Virus record (IMG/VR): IMGVR_UViG_3300008119_000006
DNA length: 64,000 nt
Reading direction: 5' to 3' (one strand)
Origin: a virus
Below, piece after piece: positions 20,181 to 30,603 of the stretch. The notes under the pieces are model-generated. The model did not search any database. It saw only the letters and a list, made by a program, of their open reading frames with translations, and was not told the DNA's origin. The position numbers and the translations under genes were made by a program. How positions within the stretch are numbered: the stretch's first letter is position 1; every line of letters starts with the position of its first letter.

Positions 20181-20932
20181 GAATATTCCATTGGAATAAA
20201 AACAATAAATCGGGGCTTGATGCCTCGATTGCTTCATTCCGTAAATTTCATCCAGACATTCCATATTTCGTATCAGTTGATGGTGGTAGCGTAGACCAAT
20301 ACGACATATGTAAAAAACATAATGCAATCTATTTGCAGAATGTTTCCACTCTTGGTTATCCTTCTCAACATTGGGGATACAATAAATTTCAGATTTATGA
20401 ATTTATGAAGCGCATCATGATGGCCGCTATTGCTATGGGTACTACACACTTTATGTTTTGTGAAGATGATGTTATCTGTTTAGATAAAATTGAATTTGAT
20501 GAATCTTGGGAAATTGCTTCATACGATACTCGTTATGTTGATGGAGTATTTGTTGGCCATAATGCGTTTAGTTATATACATGATGAAATACAAGATGAGA
20601 TTAGGAGGGTTTCTGGTGTAAAACCTAATCACCCATACTATGGTGCTGGTGCCGGTACAATTATGAATACTGCAACATTTATTGAAAACTTTTACAAGTA
20701 TATGAATTTTTTATCTGTAAATTTTGACAAGTTTCATGCTATTCAACACCAGTTTGGTTGGAATGATTATTTCTTACAGATGTTATTCTTTGTTGCAGGT
20801 AAACCGTATTCAATTAATCCTCGTTTACACAATATTCATCCTGAAGATCCAAATACTGATTTAAATGCTATTAAAGAAAAAGGTTTCTATATTGCACATA
20901 ATTATAAGAATTTTTATGAAGGTAGACAATGA
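20147..20932 (+). CDS. GT-A-like glycosyltransferase (start uncertain)
   Basis: VSVDGG, FCEDDV; island context. Confidence 0.6.
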   Translation: MDIGEQALASLGIFHWNKNNKSGLDASIASFRKFHPDIPYFVSVDGGSVDQYDICKKHNAIYLQNVSTLGYPSQHWGYNKFQIYEFMKRIMMAAIAMGTTHFMFCEDDVICLDKIEFDESWEIASYDTRYVDGVFVGHNAFSYIHDEIQDEIRRVSGVKPNHPYYGAGAGTIMNTATFIENFYKYMNFLSVNFDKFHAIQHQFGWNDYFLQMLFFVAGKPYSINPRLHNIHPEDPNTDLNAIKEKGFYIAHNYKNFYEGRQ

Positions 20933-21717
20933 AAATTAGATTATACAACCACCACTATCTAACCGATGATGGTTCATGGGTTTATATCTTTATGGACCAA
21001 ATGAAGCAATTAGAAGATTTTGGTTTGTATGATGAAATGGAAGTTCTTAGTTATACGGCATTAGGTAATCAAGAACAAATTAAATTGTTCAAAGACCTTT
21101 GTGCTTTGTATCCCAAAATTGAGATTCATGAAATTCATAATGATGTAACTGGTGAAGAATTAAAGGACTTCTCTAGCGCAAAAGGCCAAGAACAAAAGAA
21201 ATTTGTATTTGAAATTCCAACAATTAAAAGAATGTGGTTAGATGCACAAACACAAGATTTTTATGGATTGTATTTTCACGGCAAAGGTGTTACAGCATTT
21301 AACAATGCCTTTAAAGTTGGTGACGTTGCCAAGTTTAAGAACTATTACTACTGGAGAAAATATCTAGAGTATGGTTTTATTGAACGATGGAAAACTTGTG
21401 TTGAAGCTCTAGAACGATACGAAACTGCGGGTATCAATTTAAATCACGATCCATTCCTACATTATAGTGGTAACTTCTGGTGGTTGAGAAGTGACTACAT
21501 GAGAACATTGGATGACATTGAAGATTCACAATGGTGGAAAGAGAATAAACAACCATATCATTTGGACAGAATGATTGCTGAATTTTGGCCGTTATCTAAA
21601 GCTAATAAAATATTCAATATAGATAGTCCACCACTAAGGCTTTGTTCACCAAATCCTGGTTTATATTCTGAAACATATATGAGAAAATATTATGATAGAG
21701 AACTTACAAGAAATTAA
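20929..21717 (+). CDS. Putative glycosyltransferase (HxKG / GNFWW type)
   Basis: YFHGKG, HYSGNFWW, R..AEFW motifs typical of viral sugar islands. Confidence 0.55.
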   Translation: MKIRLYNHHYLTDDGSWVYIFMDQMKQLEDFGLYDEMEVLSYTALGNQEQIKLFKDLCALYPKIEIHEIHNDVTGEELKDFSSAKGQEQKKFVFEIPTIKRMWLDAQTQDFYGLYFHGKGVTAFNNAFKVGDVAKFKNYYYWRKYLEYGFIERWKTCVEALERYETAGINLNHDPFLHYSGNFWWLRSDYMRTLDDIEDSQWWKENKQPYHLDRMIAEFWPLSKANKIFNIDSPPLRLCSPNPGLYSETYMRKYYDRELTRN

Positions 21718-22882
21718 AAGGTGTTTAGCGTGTGACCATGATAATTTGAAGATGGTCTTAGATTTAAATAACCAGCCCCTCGCCAATTCTTACAAAAACA
21801 GTAAAGACGCTGTTGAGGATTCTTTTCCATTGGCGATTAAGGTGTGTCAAGTTTGCCACCATGTTCAACTGACACATATTGTTAATCCAGATTTAATTTA
21901 TAAAAATTATTTATATGTGAGTGGTACAACAAAAACTTATGTTGATTACATGGATTGGTATGCTAAATTTTGTATTGAAAAACTTGGCCATACACCATCT
22001 TCAGTATTGGATATTGGTTGTAACGATGGTTCACAATTGGATAAATTTAAAGCTCTTAATGTTGATACCTATGGTGTTGATCCAGCTGAAAATTTATATG
22101 AAACATCTTCAAAAAATCACAAAGTAACTTGTGGTTATTTTGATGATAAGTACAACCGCAGTCATGACATTATTACAATACAAAATGCTTTTGCGCACAA
22201 TCCAAATCCTTTAGAGTTGTTAAAAAACTGTAAAAAGAATTTGGAGATTGACGGACTATTGTTTATTCAAACATCACAAGCAGACATGATTTTGAATAAT
22301 GAGTTTGATACAATCTATCACGAACACATTTCATATTATAATATTAAATCGATGATGTTCTTGTGTAATCGTGTTGGATTGAATTTAATTGATGTGGTAA
22401 AAACACCGATTCACGGAACAAGTTATATCTTTATTATTAGTGCTGACAGGTCTGCACCAAATACAATCAAGAATTTAGTTGAAATGGAAACTGCTGCTGG
22501 ACTATACGACAATTTCACTTATACAAAATACACTTCAAATTGTATTGAAAAAGTTGCCAATTTTGCCGAGAGAGTTGAATACTGGCGTGACCAAGGTTAT
22601 AAGATTGTTGGTTATGGAGCCCCAGCAAAAGGAAACACATTCTTAAACTTTGCCAGAATACCACTTGATATTATTATTGATGACAATAAGTTGAAACAAG
22701 GTTTGTTTACACCTGGTTCATCCATTGAAATTGTTGGTTCTGAAATTCTTGGTACATATACTGAGGATGATAAAGTATTATTTATTCCTTTGGCTTGGAA
22801 TTTCTTCAAAGAAATCAAACAAAGAATTTTATCAGTCCGAAACAATCCAAATGATGTATTTCTGAACATCCAAGACCTATAA
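21692..22882 (+). CDS. NDP-hexose C-methyltransferase-like
   Basis: CxxC...QPLAN...CxxC..VQL Zn domain, LDIGCNDG, YHEH, YGAPAKG, LAWNF. Confidence 0.88.
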   Translation: MIENLQEIKRCLACDHDNLKMVLDLNNQPLANSYKNSKDAVEDSFPLAIKVCQVCHHVQLTHIVNPDLIYKNYLYVSGTTKTYVDYMDWYAKFCIEKLGHTPSSVLDIGCNDGSQLDKFKALNVDTYGVDPAENLYETSSKNHKVTCGYFDDKYNRSHDIITIQNAFAHNPNPLELLKNCKKNLEIDGLLFIQTSQADMILNNEFDTIYHEHISYYNIKSMMFLCNRVGLNLIDVVKTPIHGTSYIFIISADRSAPNTIKNLVEMETAAGLYDNFTYTKYTSNCIEKVANFAERVEYWRDQGYKIVGYGAPAKGNTFLNFARIPLDIIIDDNKLKQGLFTPGSSIEIVGSEILGTYTEDDKVLFIPLAWNFFKEIKQRILSVRNNPNDVFLNIQDL

Positions 22883-22953
22883 AAGCCAACAATTTTTGTA
22901 CTATGTATCGAAGCCAATCTTTCCACAGGTTGGCCATAGTACTTTAAAACTTG

Positions 22954-22961
22954 GATAAATA
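22954..22961 (+). promoter_or_regulatory. Late-promoter-like GATAAATA
   Basis: One mismatch to T4 TATAAATA, intergenic before the head-protein cluster; same motif at 28793-28800. Confidence 0.5.
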
Positions 22962-23005
22962 AGTAGACCGGCAACCAAAGTGTGTTGCAATCTGGAAGGA
23001 AAATA

Positions 23006-24196
23006 ATGCAATCGTTTTTATCATTCTTAAAAGAAGAAGCCAGCGAAGGTTCTGAACTTAAGCATATTCATCATGCTGAGGACCGTCCTTTAATGCACGG
23101 CCATGCTGGTTTTGAACACGCTCATGCGGCTTTAACTAAAGCTCATGAACATATGACCGGTGGCCACAAGAATACAAATTTAACAATGAAATACGATGGT
23201 TCTCCATCGATTGTATTTGGTCATCATCCTAAGAATGGTAAGTTCTTTGTGGCAACCAAGTCTGCCTTCAATAAGAATCCTAAGATTAACCATACAGAAA
23301 AAGATATTGATAGGAACCATGGTCACGCTCCGGGTTTAGCACATACTCTTAAACACGCTCTCAAACATCTACCAAAAGTAACACCTAAAACTGGTGTATT
23401 CCAAGGTGACTTGATGCACCACGCCGATACCAAAACCCTACACGAAGGTTATATTGTAGAAGCCAAAGGCGATGTTTCTTTTACTCCCAATACAATCACT
23501 TATACCGCCAAAGGTAAAGAAGCAGACAAGATTAAAAAGTCTAAGGTTGGCGTAGTGGTTCATACACAATACAGCCATGACTTAAAACACAATACTCCTC
23601 ATGTAGATACAAGCAAATTTAAAGAGCATCCGGATGTTCATATTCACGGTGCAGAACATGATACAAGCAAAGTAAAACATTCTGCTGAGAATGAAAAACA
23701 CTTCCAAAAACACATGGCGGCCGCCAAAGATATTCACGATACTCATGGTCACAAAATGTACGATGCCGTTCATCCAAAACATAGCGGAGAACACGGACAT
23801 CTTGCTACATACATAAACAAGACAGTAAGACATGATGAAGTTCCAAGTGTTAAGGGATTCAAAGAACACTTACATGGAGAACATGAAAAACAAGCCGCAA
23901 AAGTTAAGACCGATAAAGCCAAATCTGAAAAAACTGGTGAAGGCAAGAAACAAGTTGCTCACGTTGAGAAACATAAAGAACATTATGGAAACCTATTTTC
24001 GATGCATCATCATTTACATCAAGCCAAAAATGCTTTAGTTAAATCCCTAGAAACGCATGAGGGACACTATCAGCACCACATCGCAGGTAAGAAGTCTAAA
24101 CCTGAAGGTTTCGTAGTTCACCACGATAATCAACCAACCAAATTGGTTAACCGTGCTGAGTTTGCTAAACAGAATCTTTTAAAAGTTCGTAAATGA
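23006..24196 (+). CDS. His-rich ligase-fold (DUF6267-like) protein
   Basis: KYDG (motif I), QGDL, EGFVV, KLV motifs of covalent nucleotidyltransferases; capsid-targeting-like N-terminus. Confidence 0.65.
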   Translation: MQSFLSFLKEEASEGSELKHIHHAEDRPLMHGHAGFEHAHAALTKAHEHMTGGHKNTNLTMKYDGSPSIVFGHHPKNGKFFVATKSAFNKNPKINHTEKDIDRNHGHAPGLAHTLKHALKHLPKVTPKTGVFQGDLMHHADTKTLHEGYIVEAKGDVSFTPNTITYTAKGKEADKIKKSKVGVVVHTQYSHDLKHNTPHVDTSKFKEHPDVHIHGAEHDTSKVKHSAENEKHFQKHMAAAKDIHDTHGHKMYDAVHPKHSGEHGHLATYINKTVRHDEVPSVKGFKEHLHGEHEKQAAKVKTDKAKSEKTGEGKKQVAHVEKHKEHYGNLFSMHHHLHQAKNALVKSLETHEGHYQHHIAGKKSKPEGFVVHHDNQPTKLVNRAEFAKQNLLKVRK

Positions 24197-26085
24197 AATC
24201 GTTTTTAGAATTAGTCGAAGAATCAAAACAAGGTGAGAAACACCATGTGTTCACTTTTGGCCGGATGAATCCGCCAACTGCAGGACATTTAAAATTAATT
24301 GACAAAGTGAAAGAAGTTGCAAAACAACACAATGCCAGCCATACAGTTGTTACTTCACATTCACAAGATGCCAAAAAGAATCCTTTAAGTGCTAAAGAAA
24401 AAGTTAAACACTTGCAGAAATATTCTCCTGGTACACACTTTCAAGCTTCTACAAAAGAACATCCTACATTCTTACATCACGCAGAAAAGTTACACAAACA
24501 AGGTGTAACTCATTTACATATGGTTGTTGGTTCTGACCGTGTAAAAGAGATGAAAGAAAAGTTACACAAATACAATGGCACACACAAAGGTGCTTTACAT
24601 AACTTTAAAAAGATTACTGTACATTCTGCCGGCCATCGAGATCCTGATGCAGAAGGTACCGAAGGTGTGTCTGGTACCAAGATGAGAGAACACGCAAAAA
24701 ATAAAAACTTTGGTGAGTTCCGTAAAGGTGTTCCTGCTCATGTATCAGATACTCATGCAAAAGAATTAATGCATGACACTCGTAAAGGTATGGGATTACA
24801 TGAGTCCTATAATCGTGGACTATTCAAAGCAATCTTTGTAACTGGTGGTCCAGGATCCGGTAAAGATATCATTATTCGTGAAGCTATTGCTGAAGGTCGT
24901 ATTGTAGAATTCAATTTTACGCAAGCTTGTGATATTTTAAACGACAAACATAAATTAGCAACCAAATCTATGAATCCTCGTTATGAATCTGTTCGTAATC
25001 GTGGTCCATTAATCATTAACGGACCAGCTGATGACCTTGAGAAGATTTCACACATTAAAGAAGAATTGGAAGAACTTGGTTACGAAACAATGATGATTTT
25101 TGTTAGTACCAGCAACGAAACCAGTCAAGAACGTAATTCTTTATTGTCCCGTATGATGGTAGAATCTGTACGCAATGATAAGTGGCAAAAGTCACAGGAA
25201 AACATTATACAGTTCACAAAATTGTATAATAACTTGGTAACCTTTGATAATACTGGTGACCTCGAAAGTAAAGAGCAGGATATACATGAAGTTTACAACC
25301 AAACCAAAAACTTCTTGGATAACAACGTTTTAAATGAAATCTCCATTGATTGGATGAACAGAAACAATAAACTAAATACAGGTAATAAATTATTATTTGG
25401 AGAACAAAATGTTAAAGGCACTTCTAAGTCTATTCAGCAAAAAACAGTCGGAAGATACAATCCTTTCCTCCGAGCAAAAGGACCAGCAGACATTAAGCCA
25501 GACAACTCAGGATCTCTCGTTAGTGGAAAAGACCAAGTCCAAGGTGACACCGGTCCAAGAAAAAACACAGGTATTGGAAGTTCAGTCACAGGCGGTGGAT
25601 GGAGTGGCGCCTACGAAGAAAGTCAGCCCACGCTCAAAATCAACTCCGAGCCCAAAGAGACCAACTTCCAGCAGGACAAAGACAAAGAAAAAGTAAAAAA
25701 ACGTGGTGATAAATCACTAAGCGCTGGTCGTGTTGCAAGACCTAGTGGAGTAGGTCAAGAATACGATACCAGAGCCGGTGGTCAAGGCGCCGCAGCAGGT
25801 GCCGGACTTGGCCAGAACCTTTACGGTGAAACACAAGAATATAGTAACGCAAGTCAGAATGGTACAGCAATGCTTGGTGCTAAGTTAGAACCAAATCCAT
25901 TGGCTGAAAAGAAGAAGAAAAAACTGACATTTAAAGAGTATAACGGATTCCAAAATGATGTTGAATCTGGTGTTGGTGGTGTATTAGGTGGTGGGGATAA
26001 TAAAGAATATATGGACACATATAAAGATCCAAACCGAAACATAGGCATTGAAATTAAAAAGAAAAAGAAAAAAGGAGCAATTTAA
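24193..26085 (+). CDS. HxGH-class nucleotidyltransferase fused to a P-loop kinase-like domain and low-complexity tail
   Basis: FGRMNPPTAGH, KNPL, VVGSDR, SGTKMR; then VTGGPGSGKD. Confidence 0.8.
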   Translation: MKSFLELVEESKQGEKHHVFTFGRMNPPTAGHLKLIDKVKEVAKQHNASHTVVTSHSQDAKKNPLSAKEKVKHLQKYSPGTHFQASTKEHPTFLHHAEKLHKQGVTHLHMVVGSDRVKEMKEKLHKYNGTHKGALHNFKKITVHSAGHRDPDAEGTEGVSGTKMREHAKNKNFGEFRKGVPAHVSDTHAKELMHDTRKGMGLHESYNRGLFKAIFVTGGPGSGKDIIIREAIAEGRIVEFNFTQACDILNDKHKLATKSMNPRYESVRNRGPLIINGPADDLEKISHIKEELEELGYETMMIFVSTSNETSQERNSLLSRMMVESVRNDKWQKSQENIIQFTKLYNNLVTFDNTGDLESKEQDIHEVYNQTKNFLDNNVLNEISIDWMNRNNKLNTGNKLLFGEQNVKGTSKSIQQKTVGRYNPFLRAKGPADIKPDNSGSLVSGKDQVQGDTGPRKNTGIGSSVTGGGWSGAYEESQPTLKINSEPKETNFQQDKDKEKVKKRGDKSLSAGRVARPSGVGQEYDTRAGGQGAAAGAGLGQNLYGETQEYSNASQNGTAMLGAKLEPNPLAEKKKKKLTFKEYNGFQNDVESGVGGVLGGGDNKEYMDTYKDPNRNIGIEIKKKKKKGAI

Positions 26086-26086
26086 A

Positions 26087-27361
26087 ATGTTCGCAAAAAA
26101 CAAAGTAAGCCAATCTATGATTGATGCTGTTAATTCAGTAATCAGCGAAGGTAAAGTAGAAGAAGCATCCGAAAAGGTGCCTACACCTACAGGCATGAAA
26201 GTCTATGGTTCTAGTTACGGTAATTCTAAGAAAGCTCGTGCGGACCAAACCAAACATTCTGTTGATGATGTTAAAGGTCCTAAAACAAAAGAATTGATGC
26301 AGAAGGACAAAGAAGATTACATGAAAACAAAAGGCAAGTACGATGAAGCCGCCAAGCCAGACTTTTTAGATTTTGATAAAGATGGCGATAAAAAAGAGCC
26401 TATGAAATCCGCATTAGCTGCCAAAAAGAAAGTTGCTGAAGAACTCAAAGGTAACCAACACAAAATTGACGCCAATAAAAATAATAAAATTGATGCTCAT
26501 GATTTTAAAATTCTCCGTGGTGAGAAAAAAGTCAGCGAAGAATCCGAGAAAGAAGATTCATGTGAAGATGAAGCCAAACAAGAAGTAAAAAAACATGAAA
26601 AAAAATTACATGGTAAAAAAGGTGAAGTTTCTCAGCACGTAGCTAAACTGCATAAAGAAAATGTATTTTACAGATTTGCTAAAGAACTACAAGAAAACAA
26701 AACAGCTGGTACAGAACCAACATTCACCGACAACAACGTAGGTGAAATGGCCACTCCAAAAAAAAATCAAGATATAGCTGACAAGGCATATTTGAAACAT
26801 AAACCGGGTACTGTTAAAGGTACGTTGACACAACTTGGTCGTTTTGTCCGTGGCAAACCAGAAATCAAAGAAGATGTTGTTGATGAATCTGTTCAAACTC
26901 AACCATCAAAGACTGCAGACAAGATTACAACAGATACATTAGCTGGTCGTGTTGCTGGCGGTAAATTAAACTCTTTCAAAAACTACAAAGTAGATTTGAC
27001 AACTAGTGGTACTGAAGCCGTACCTAAAGAGTTTGACGTTGGTGTTGATGCAAAAGATAAACAAAAACATATGGGTGATGCTGGTAAACCATTCGATATT
27101 AAAATGGATGACAAATTATCAACTCCTCCACAAAAATATTTTTCATCAGACAAAAAAACTACAAGTGAAGCTGTAGAAGAAGTTGATGAGGTAGTAATTC
27201 ATGGTATGCCAGGTTTCAAAAAAATCAAAGGTGCTGATGAAAAAGGTAATGTTACCGATAAGTCTGGTGCAGTTCATACTCCAATGAGCCGTGCCAAGGC
27301 TGCAGCAAAATTATCATTTGCAAAACTAAAAAAAGAAATGTTGGGTAAGATTTCTAACTAA
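26087..27361 (+). CDS. Lys/Glu-rich putative head internal protein with EF-hand-like loops
   Basis: DFDKDGDKKE and DANKNNKIDAHD motifs. Confidence 0.6.
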   Translation: MFAKNKVSQSMIDAVNSVISEGKVEEASEKVPTPTGMKVYGSSYGNSKKARADQTKHSVDDVKGPKTKELMQKDKEDYMKTKGKYDEAAKPDFLDFDKDGDKKEPMKSALAAKKKVAEELKGNQHKIDANKNNKIDAHDFKILRGEKKVSEESEKEDSCEDEAKQEVKKHEKKLHGKKGEVSQHVAKLHKENVFYRFAKELQENKTAGTEPTFTDNNVGEMATPKKNQDIADKAYLKHKPGTVKGTLTQLGRFVRGKPEIKEDVVDESVQTQPSKTADKITTDTLAGRVAGGKLNSFKNYKVDLTTSGTEAVPKEFDVGVDAKDKQKHMGDAGKPFDIKMDDKLSTPPQKYFSSDKKTTSEAVEEVDEVVIHGMPGFKKIKGADEKGNVTDKSGAVHTPMSRAKAAAKLSFAKLKKEMLGKISN

Positions 27362-27370
27362 GAGATTTAT

Positions 27371-28801
27371 ATGAAAAAATTTAAAGACATTAAAGCAATC
27401 AAAACAAATCCTGAACCTGCAAAAGGAAAAAACGTAGATCCTGACCAACTTGGCCAATATTCTGCTAAGTATCAAGTTTCTGAAAGCACGGCTTCGTTAA
27501 ATCAATACCTTTCTGCTAGAGGTATCAATCCTCAATTTGTTTCTACTGCCACAAAAATTGCGCATGCCAAATCAGCACAATTTTTAAAGTGGAAACAAGA
27601 CCATATGCAAAGGCGAGAGGATGTGCAGACAGCAGAGTTGACACCTGAGGAAACAGTAAATGAAATAAGCATGGATAATATATCTCCAATGATGCAAGCC
27701 CATGTAAAAGCTGGCCGTAAGAGTAATGTTAATATGGGCACTCGTATGGCATCACCAAAACCTGCATTTAAACCTAAACCTAAACCAAAAAAGGTTGGAT
27801 TTTTTAAGAGGCTTTTTGCTGGTGAAGAAGTTCAATTAGAAGCAAGTAAAGCAAGTAAACCTACTGCATTAGAAAGATTTCGTGCAGCTGCTGCAGTTAG
27901 AGAAAAAAAACACAATGACATTGAAAAAGAACGTCAAGAAAGATTACATCAAGAACCTTCTAAATCCAATGTGCCTAACCGTGAAGCAAAAAAAGATTAT
28001 ATGTCAGCTGCTATCGACCGTTTAGAAAAACATTTGAATAACGAAGAAGTTGAACTTGATGAAATGATTAATGAAGTTCTAGGTAAAGATGCTTCTGCTG
28101 GAGATTGGATTCACGACTTTGTTCATTCAAAGAATCCTAAATTTGCTGGCAAATCTACAGCTGAGCGTAAAAAGATGGCTCTTGGTGCTTACTATGGTAA
28201 ACAAAATGAAGAAAATATTGAAGAAGATGTAAAAGACATTTTAAGGGCGGTTAGAGGAAGCAAAGAATTAGTACACAAAGTTTCTGTCAATGGCCAAGTA
28301 AAAACTATACATAAAAACAAAGATAGTGCAAAATCTGCTGCAACAACAATAAAGAGCAAATTTCCACATTTAAAAGTAACAATTAATTCTGTACATGAAG
28401 ATATGTGGCAAGACCCACAAGCAGCAACTCAAACTCCTGCTGATGGTGCCAATGGTGGTAACCAAGTGGCTGACAGAAAACGTCAAATGTCTAAATCTGC
28501 TCGTATGATTAAAGATTTATACAAGAGAAAAGGTGTGGTCAAAGAAGATATGTATGACCATGAAAAAGAAGATAAGTCTGTGGCCACCTATGGTAAAAAA
28601 CCTAAGATGAGCCAGACAGACAAAAAAGACAGTCTTGGTGAGAACAAACCACAAGCTGCAGCAACATTAAGTGGTGGTACCACCCTAACTGGTGTTAAAA
28701 GGGACAGTATTGAAATTGATCCAATAATGAGAAATCGTCCTGGTCAGCCTAATATTGATAAGAAATCTGGTAAAAAAGAAAATAATAAGAACGATAAATA
28801 G
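27371..28801 (+). CDS. Modular Lys/Glu-rich putative head internal protein
   Basis: Low complexity; WIHDFVHSKNPKFAGKS...MALGAYY module. Confidence 0.6.
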   Translation: MKKFKDIKAIKTNPEPAKGKNVDPDQLGQYSAKYQVSESTASLNQYLSARGINPQFVSTATKIAHAKSAQFLKWKQDHMQRREDVQTAELTPEETVNEISMDNISPMMQAHVKAGRKSNVNMGTRMASPKPAFKPKPKPKKVGFFKRLFAGEEVQLEASKASKPTALERFRAAAAVREKKHNDIEKERQERLHQEPSKSNVPNREAKKDYMSAAIDRLEKHLNNEEVELDEMINEVLGKDASAGDWIHDFVHSKNPKFAGKSTAERKKMALGAYYGKQNEENIEEDVKDILRAVRGSKELVHKVSVNGQVKTIHKNKDSAKSAATTIKSKFPHLKVTINSVHEDMWQDPQAATQTPADGANGGNQVADRKRQMSKSARMIKDLYKRKGVVKEDMYDHEKEDKSVATYGKKPKMSQTDKKDSLGENKPQAAATLSGGTTLTGVKRDSIEIDPIMRNRPGQPNIDKKSGKKENNKNDK

Positions 28802-28832
28802 TAAGATAACCCGAGGTTAAAAGGAGAAAAAA

Positions 28833-29480
28833 ATGTCATTTTGGGGAAATTTAGACTTTGCGAATAATCGGCCAATGATGCCGAATTCCCGTGAAGTGGT
28901 GTCTGTTGCGACAGGTACAACCGCCAATCTCACTCTAGGCGGATCGAGAGTATTGGTGTTTACTGCAAACGTATCAAGTGCAGTTCAGCCAGGTGTTCAT
29001 GTCTATGGCGACAACGATCCTAATAGTGTTATTTCTAAAATTGCTAAGGATGCATCAAATTTTGATGTTTCTGATGTTGCCTTTTGGAGAGCAAACAATA
29101 CTGTAGCTTCTGTTTCTGGTAATACTGTTGTTTTAAATAACATTATTACTGCAAACTTTGGTGCTGGCAAATTAGTCTATTTCGCCAATACACTACTTCA
29201 CGATTCAACTACTACTTACGCCAACTATGCAAACGACATAATCTTGGTAACAGGAAGTCGCATGTCCAATACTCAAGGTACTGTATATGGTTACGGTAGT
29301 ACTGTTGCTAATACCAAGCTTGGAAGTGTAAATCAAGGTTGGAACAAAATTACTCGTAAGATTAATAATGACGGCGCAATTCGTTTCCTAAAAGAAACTA
29401 TTGTTTGCTTGGCAAATCCAATTGCTTCCAATATTCAATCAGGTAATACAAGTTCTAACGCTGTATTTGGCGGTCTGTAA
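28833..29480 (+). CDS. Putative virion structural protein
   Basis: MSFWG start, Asn/Thr/Val-rich, GW...R...ETIV end; late-like promoter upstream. Confidence 0.55.
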   Translation: MSFWGNLDFANNRPMMPNSREVVSVATGTTANLTLGGSRVLVFTANVSSAVQPGVHVYGDNDPNSVISKIAKDASNFDVSDVAFWRANNTVASVSGNTVVLNNIITANFGAGKLVYFANTLLHDSTTTYANYANDIILVTGSRMSNTQGTVYGYGSTVANTKLGSVNQGWNKITRKINNDGAIRFLKETIVCLANPIASNIQSGNTSSNAVFGGL

Positions 29481-29484
29481 TTTT

Positions 29485-29516
29485 AAAAGGATGGGTACCT
29501 ACGGGTACCCATTTTA
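29485..29516 (+). terminator. Intrinsic terminator
   Basis: ATGGGTACC-tacg-GGTACCCAT followed by TTT. Confidence 0.75.
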
Positions 29517-29519
29517 ATT

Positions 29520-29906
29520 ATGATTGATGACTTGAATGAAGATAACTTTATGATATACGCAATGAAGTGTTATAATGCACCAAATTATGTTATGTCGGAG
29601 TTTGAAGGAGATATTAAAAGAACCAAATATCTAAAACGATTGTTTCGTAGATATAAGGCATCCAAAATACTCAAAGAACGATTGATATTAAATCATATCA
29701 TTCTGTTAAATAATGTTTTTGGTCCAGAAGTGACCGCAAGAATATTATTTTACAGGATAGATGAAAAAGATTATGATGTTTTGAAAACTTTTCTACTATA
29801 CTTAAACATAATGCCTGATGCCGTATGGGGTGTTAATGGTAAAAATATAAAGACGGCTGATGTACCAGTCGATATGAATGTCGCAGAGATATTAAGAAAA
29901 ATATGA
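29520..29906 (+). CDS. Conserved T4-like hypothetical protein
   Basis: LNEDNF..YAMKCY..P...KYLKRLF...ERLILNHII.L.NVFG. Confidence 0.75.
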   Translation: MIDDLNEDNFMIYAMKCYNAPNYVMSEFEGDIKRTKYLKRLFRRYKASKILKERLILNHIILLNNVFGPEVTARILFYRIDEKDYDVLKTFLLYLNIMPDAVWGVNGKNIKTADVPVDMNVAEILRKI

Positions 29907-30145
29907 AAACATTTAAAACATATATCAAAGAAGCTACCGACAAAAAAGATACTATTTCGGTGGACATTCCATTAATGATTCGTTTGCTTGAACTAGCCCG
30001 TGAAGATGTTAAGACGGATGTGGAACTACACCAAATTGTTGAAAGACTTATCAATATTCGTAATAAAGGTGTATTGAATATGAACCATTACCACTATATT
30101 GCCGGTACTCGTATTGCCAACAATCATATTCGTAAAAATAAATGA
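29903..30145 (+). CDS. Small putative head-packaged protein
   Basis: MKTFKTYIKE N-terminus; DIPLMIRLLELARED. Confidence 0.65.
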   Translation: MKTFKTYIKEATDKKDTISVDIPLMIRLLELAREDVKTDVELHQIVERLINIRNKGVLNMNHYHYIAGTRIANNHIRKNK

Positions 30146-30603
30146 AATCATTTAAACAATTTATATCCGAAGACCATGTTGCAAAATTGGAAAAAGGTCT
30201 AAAAAAATTAGACAGCCACAGTTACGAAACAATTAATAAACTGATGATGTCCATCAGTAAAGACCATAATATTTCTGGTGAAGAATTACACAACGATTTT
30301 AAATCCAAACACGGTAAAACTCCTGATGATTGGATTAAAGAATTAAATGATTTAAAAGAAGATTTGCGAAAATGGTTTAAGCAAAAATGGGTTCGTATGG
30401 ACACCAAAGGCAATATTAAGGGTGATTGCGCTAGAGAACCAGGCGAAGGCAAACCAAAATGTTTACCTCAGGCCAAAGCTCACGCAATAGGTAAAGATGC
30501 ACGTGCTTCTGCTGCTCAAAGAAAGCGCAGAGAAGATCCTAATCCAGAACGCCGTGGTGCACCAATCAATGTTAAAACTGAAAGTATGGATAACAAACAA
30601 TGA
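30142..30603 (+). CDS. Putative head-packaged protein
   Basis: MKSFKQFISE N-terminus; LRKWFKQKWV...C...PKCLP module. Confidence 0.65.
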   Translation: MKSFKQFISEDHVAKLEKGLKKLDSHSYETINKLMMSISKDHNISGEELHNDFKSKHGKTPDDWIKELNDLKEDLRKWFKQKWVRMDTKGNIKGDCAREPGEGKPKCLPQAKAHAIGKDARASAAQRKRREDPNPERRGAPINVKTESMDNKQ

